A stretch of 64,000 bases of DNA, from contig JASTWF010000034.1 in NCBI GenBank assembly GCA_030390025.1, positions 744,001 to 808,000 on the forward strand, read 5' to 3'. The notes under the pieces are model-generated. The model was not told the DNA's origin, did no database searches, and was given only the letters and a program-made list of their open reading frames with translations. Shown here one piece after another: positions 62,069 to 64,000 of this stretch (the stretch's first letter is position 1; each line of letters starts with the position of its first letter). Source of the stretch: Squalus acanthias. Its lineage: Eukaryota. Made by a program: the position numbers and the translations under genes.

Positions 62069-62150
62069 TGGCAGCGGTGGGATTCGAACCCACGCCCCCG
62101 CAGAGACTGGAGCCTAAATCCAGCGCCTTAGACCGCTCGGCCACGCTACC
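62069..62150 (-). tRNA. tRNA-Leu(TAG), unit 10
   Basis: Intact cloverleaf. Confidence 0.93.
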
Positions 62151-62480
62151 ACATGACGCAGCTTGGCTTCTGAAACTAGAAACTGGTGATTGAAATGTGG
62201 CTTGGTCTTGTAAAAACATTGGGGAAACAAAAGGAAATTGAATTCGAAAACGACAATCTCTTTTCTGATGCAACCCACTAGATCAGAAGAAGCTGCGTGT
62301 TCACAGGGCAACACGAATAAATAGATGTTTGTTGGGCCACCGCCATTGTATATTTAATTCATAATTTATACCTGTTGTGTATTGCAAGCAGGACGTTGGT
62401 GCAAGTAAACTGTGATAAAATTATGATGTGATTGTGGGTAGCAACACTGTTTTTATTGTTGTTGAAAATAACAATGCAAA

Positions 62481-62552
62481 TAGCAGAGGTTGGTTTCGAT
62501 CCATCGACCTCTGGGTTATGGGCCCAGCACACTTCCGCTGCGCCACTCAGCA
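62481..62552 (-). pseudogene. tRNA-iMet(CAT) defective variant, unit 10
   Basis: As unit 8. Confidence 0.8.
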
Positions 62553-63894
62553 ATTCGCTCGACGCAGGTTTTTAGGTTTCGATGTCCCACAGGGCTGTGT
62601 GTTAGCGAAATAAATTTCAGCATCCAGGATGTTTTGAAAGCGATAGCATGGCCCTCAAATAGCCCAGAGACCCGGACACCGCAACACCCGTGTTGGGAGG
62701 CTCAAATGGCTGCACAATGTCACAAGGACGCTCAGTATTACACCACCCACAATGGGACAGACACAGAATGAGACACAGAAAACCAGCAAGGGTATGTCAG
62801 GCCACACAAAGGGAAGGACAGAGAAAGACACTGAGGAAACTAGAGAGAGCGACACAAACAGACTGAATAAAATGAGGGACAGACAGAGACTGAGGGAAAG
62901 ACCGAGACGGCGAGAGAAACAGAGAGGGAGATCGACAAATAGGGAAACGGAGAGTGAGATGAAGACAGAGACCTGCATGAAGGTGCTTTCTGCTGTGTAA
63001 AGGTATTCCCTGTTGTGTAAAGGCCAACAGCACCATCTGGTGGTGGAGAAGCGGCGCTGCTGGAATGCGTTGAGAGTTGGGGAAGGCCCAGGCTGCAACA
63101 AGTTTGCAGCATTTGCAACTTATGTTGATGCGAACAAAGTGATTTTTAAGTTGTGTTGCAGCTTTTTGTGTTTATTGCAAGAAGGAAGTTGCTGGAAGTA
63201 AAGCCTAAAGTGTGATAAAAATACCTGCCGCATTGAGCCTGAAATTTACCACAATTATAAGTGGAGGGAACAATAGGGAATATTTGCCGTCCTAATCACA
63301 AGTTCTTCAGAATAATGGCATGAACAACACATCTGACTCTCATCCTGAACACAGAGTCCAGCTCACCAAATCTTTATACAGAATGGATCTTCTCTTCCCG
63401 TTGTCTTAATGTAACTTTCAACGTCTGGATAGGTTAGATTGCAAAAACATATTCGTGTTATATAAATCGGATTGTAGCAGAGGAGCAGATGGGAGGTGCT
63501 GTTCAAACGGTAAGTTTGTAAGGGCGAACGGGGAAACGACGGCGAGATGGTGTTTGCGAGAGTGACAGCAATGGTGAGTGCGTTTGACAGATTGCAAGAA
63601 ATGGAAGAAACAAATATGTGAAAGTGGTGTACATCTGAATACGTGAGACGCAGCAGGTGTGGAGACGAGTGAGTGAACGGTCTGAATCCAGTTGGTTGGG
63701 TGACAGTGTTTGCCGTGTTCGGTGCTGGGTTCAGGCCAATTATGGAACCGTGGAAATTCTGCAAATCGTATCTGCCTGTCAATAACAACTGAAGGACAAA
63801 GGTGAAGAAGTGACATAATACTGAACAAAACATGCCCACCTGCACGATTTTCTGCTGCTGACGAAGCGACGAAATTTATGAATGCCGCAATATC

Positions 63895-63976
63895 TGGCAG
63901 CGGTGGGATTCGAACCCACGCCCCCGCAGAGACTGGAGCCTAAATCCAGCGCCTTAGACCGCTCGGCCACGCTACC
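63895..63976 (-). tRNA. tRNA-Leu(TAG), unit 11
   Basis: Intact cloverleaf. Confidence 0.93.
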
Positions 63977-64000
63977 ACATGACGCAGCTTGGCTTCTGAA

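Larger units (their letters stand above)
45187..64000 (-). repeat. Tandem tRNA-gene array with ~1.83-kb units (Leu-TAG + iMet-CAT), at least 10.3 units, open-ended at the window edge
   Basis: Successive periods 1826, 1826, 1837, 1826, 1826, 1837, 1795, 1826, 1826, 1826 bp; units nearly identical. Confidence 0.97.

Noticed and set aside
45689..63970. Repeated 60-160 aa ORFs in each array unit
   Set aside because: No recognisable domains, many start at GTG/TTG, and they overlap tRNAs or GA-rich tracts. Recurrence only reflects the tandem repeat.

Overview
Repeat-dense vertebrate genomic DNA, most likely from a cartilaginous fish (inferred from the GPR139-like receptor and the CR1/Penelope repertoire). 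The window opens with the large terminal coding exon of a GPR139/GPR142-like class A GPCR (181-1082), followed at once by a CpG-rich 27-bp minisatellite that carries a YY1-type motif in most units. The middle (about 3-42 kb) is a mosaic of satellites (25, 32, 55, 65/67 bp), CR1 LINE fragments, one full-length but disabled CR1, a candidate solo LTR, a deleted endogenous retrovirus with a tRNA-Lys(CUU) PBS and an env remnant, a 1.27-kb palindromic Penelope-like element (PLE) with minimal hammerhead ribozymes, a ~4.5-5 kb tandem duplication and a large inverted duplication. From 42358 an open PLE (RT + GIY-YIG, minus strand) cuts off a CR1 at its 3' end. At its 5' end (45186/45187) it joins a co-oriented tandem array of ~1.83-kb units that runs off the window. 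There are 11 tRNA-Leu(TAG) copies and 10 tRNA-iMet(CAT) copies; only 2 of the iMet copies are canonical. All calls are by eye; no alignments or searches were run.
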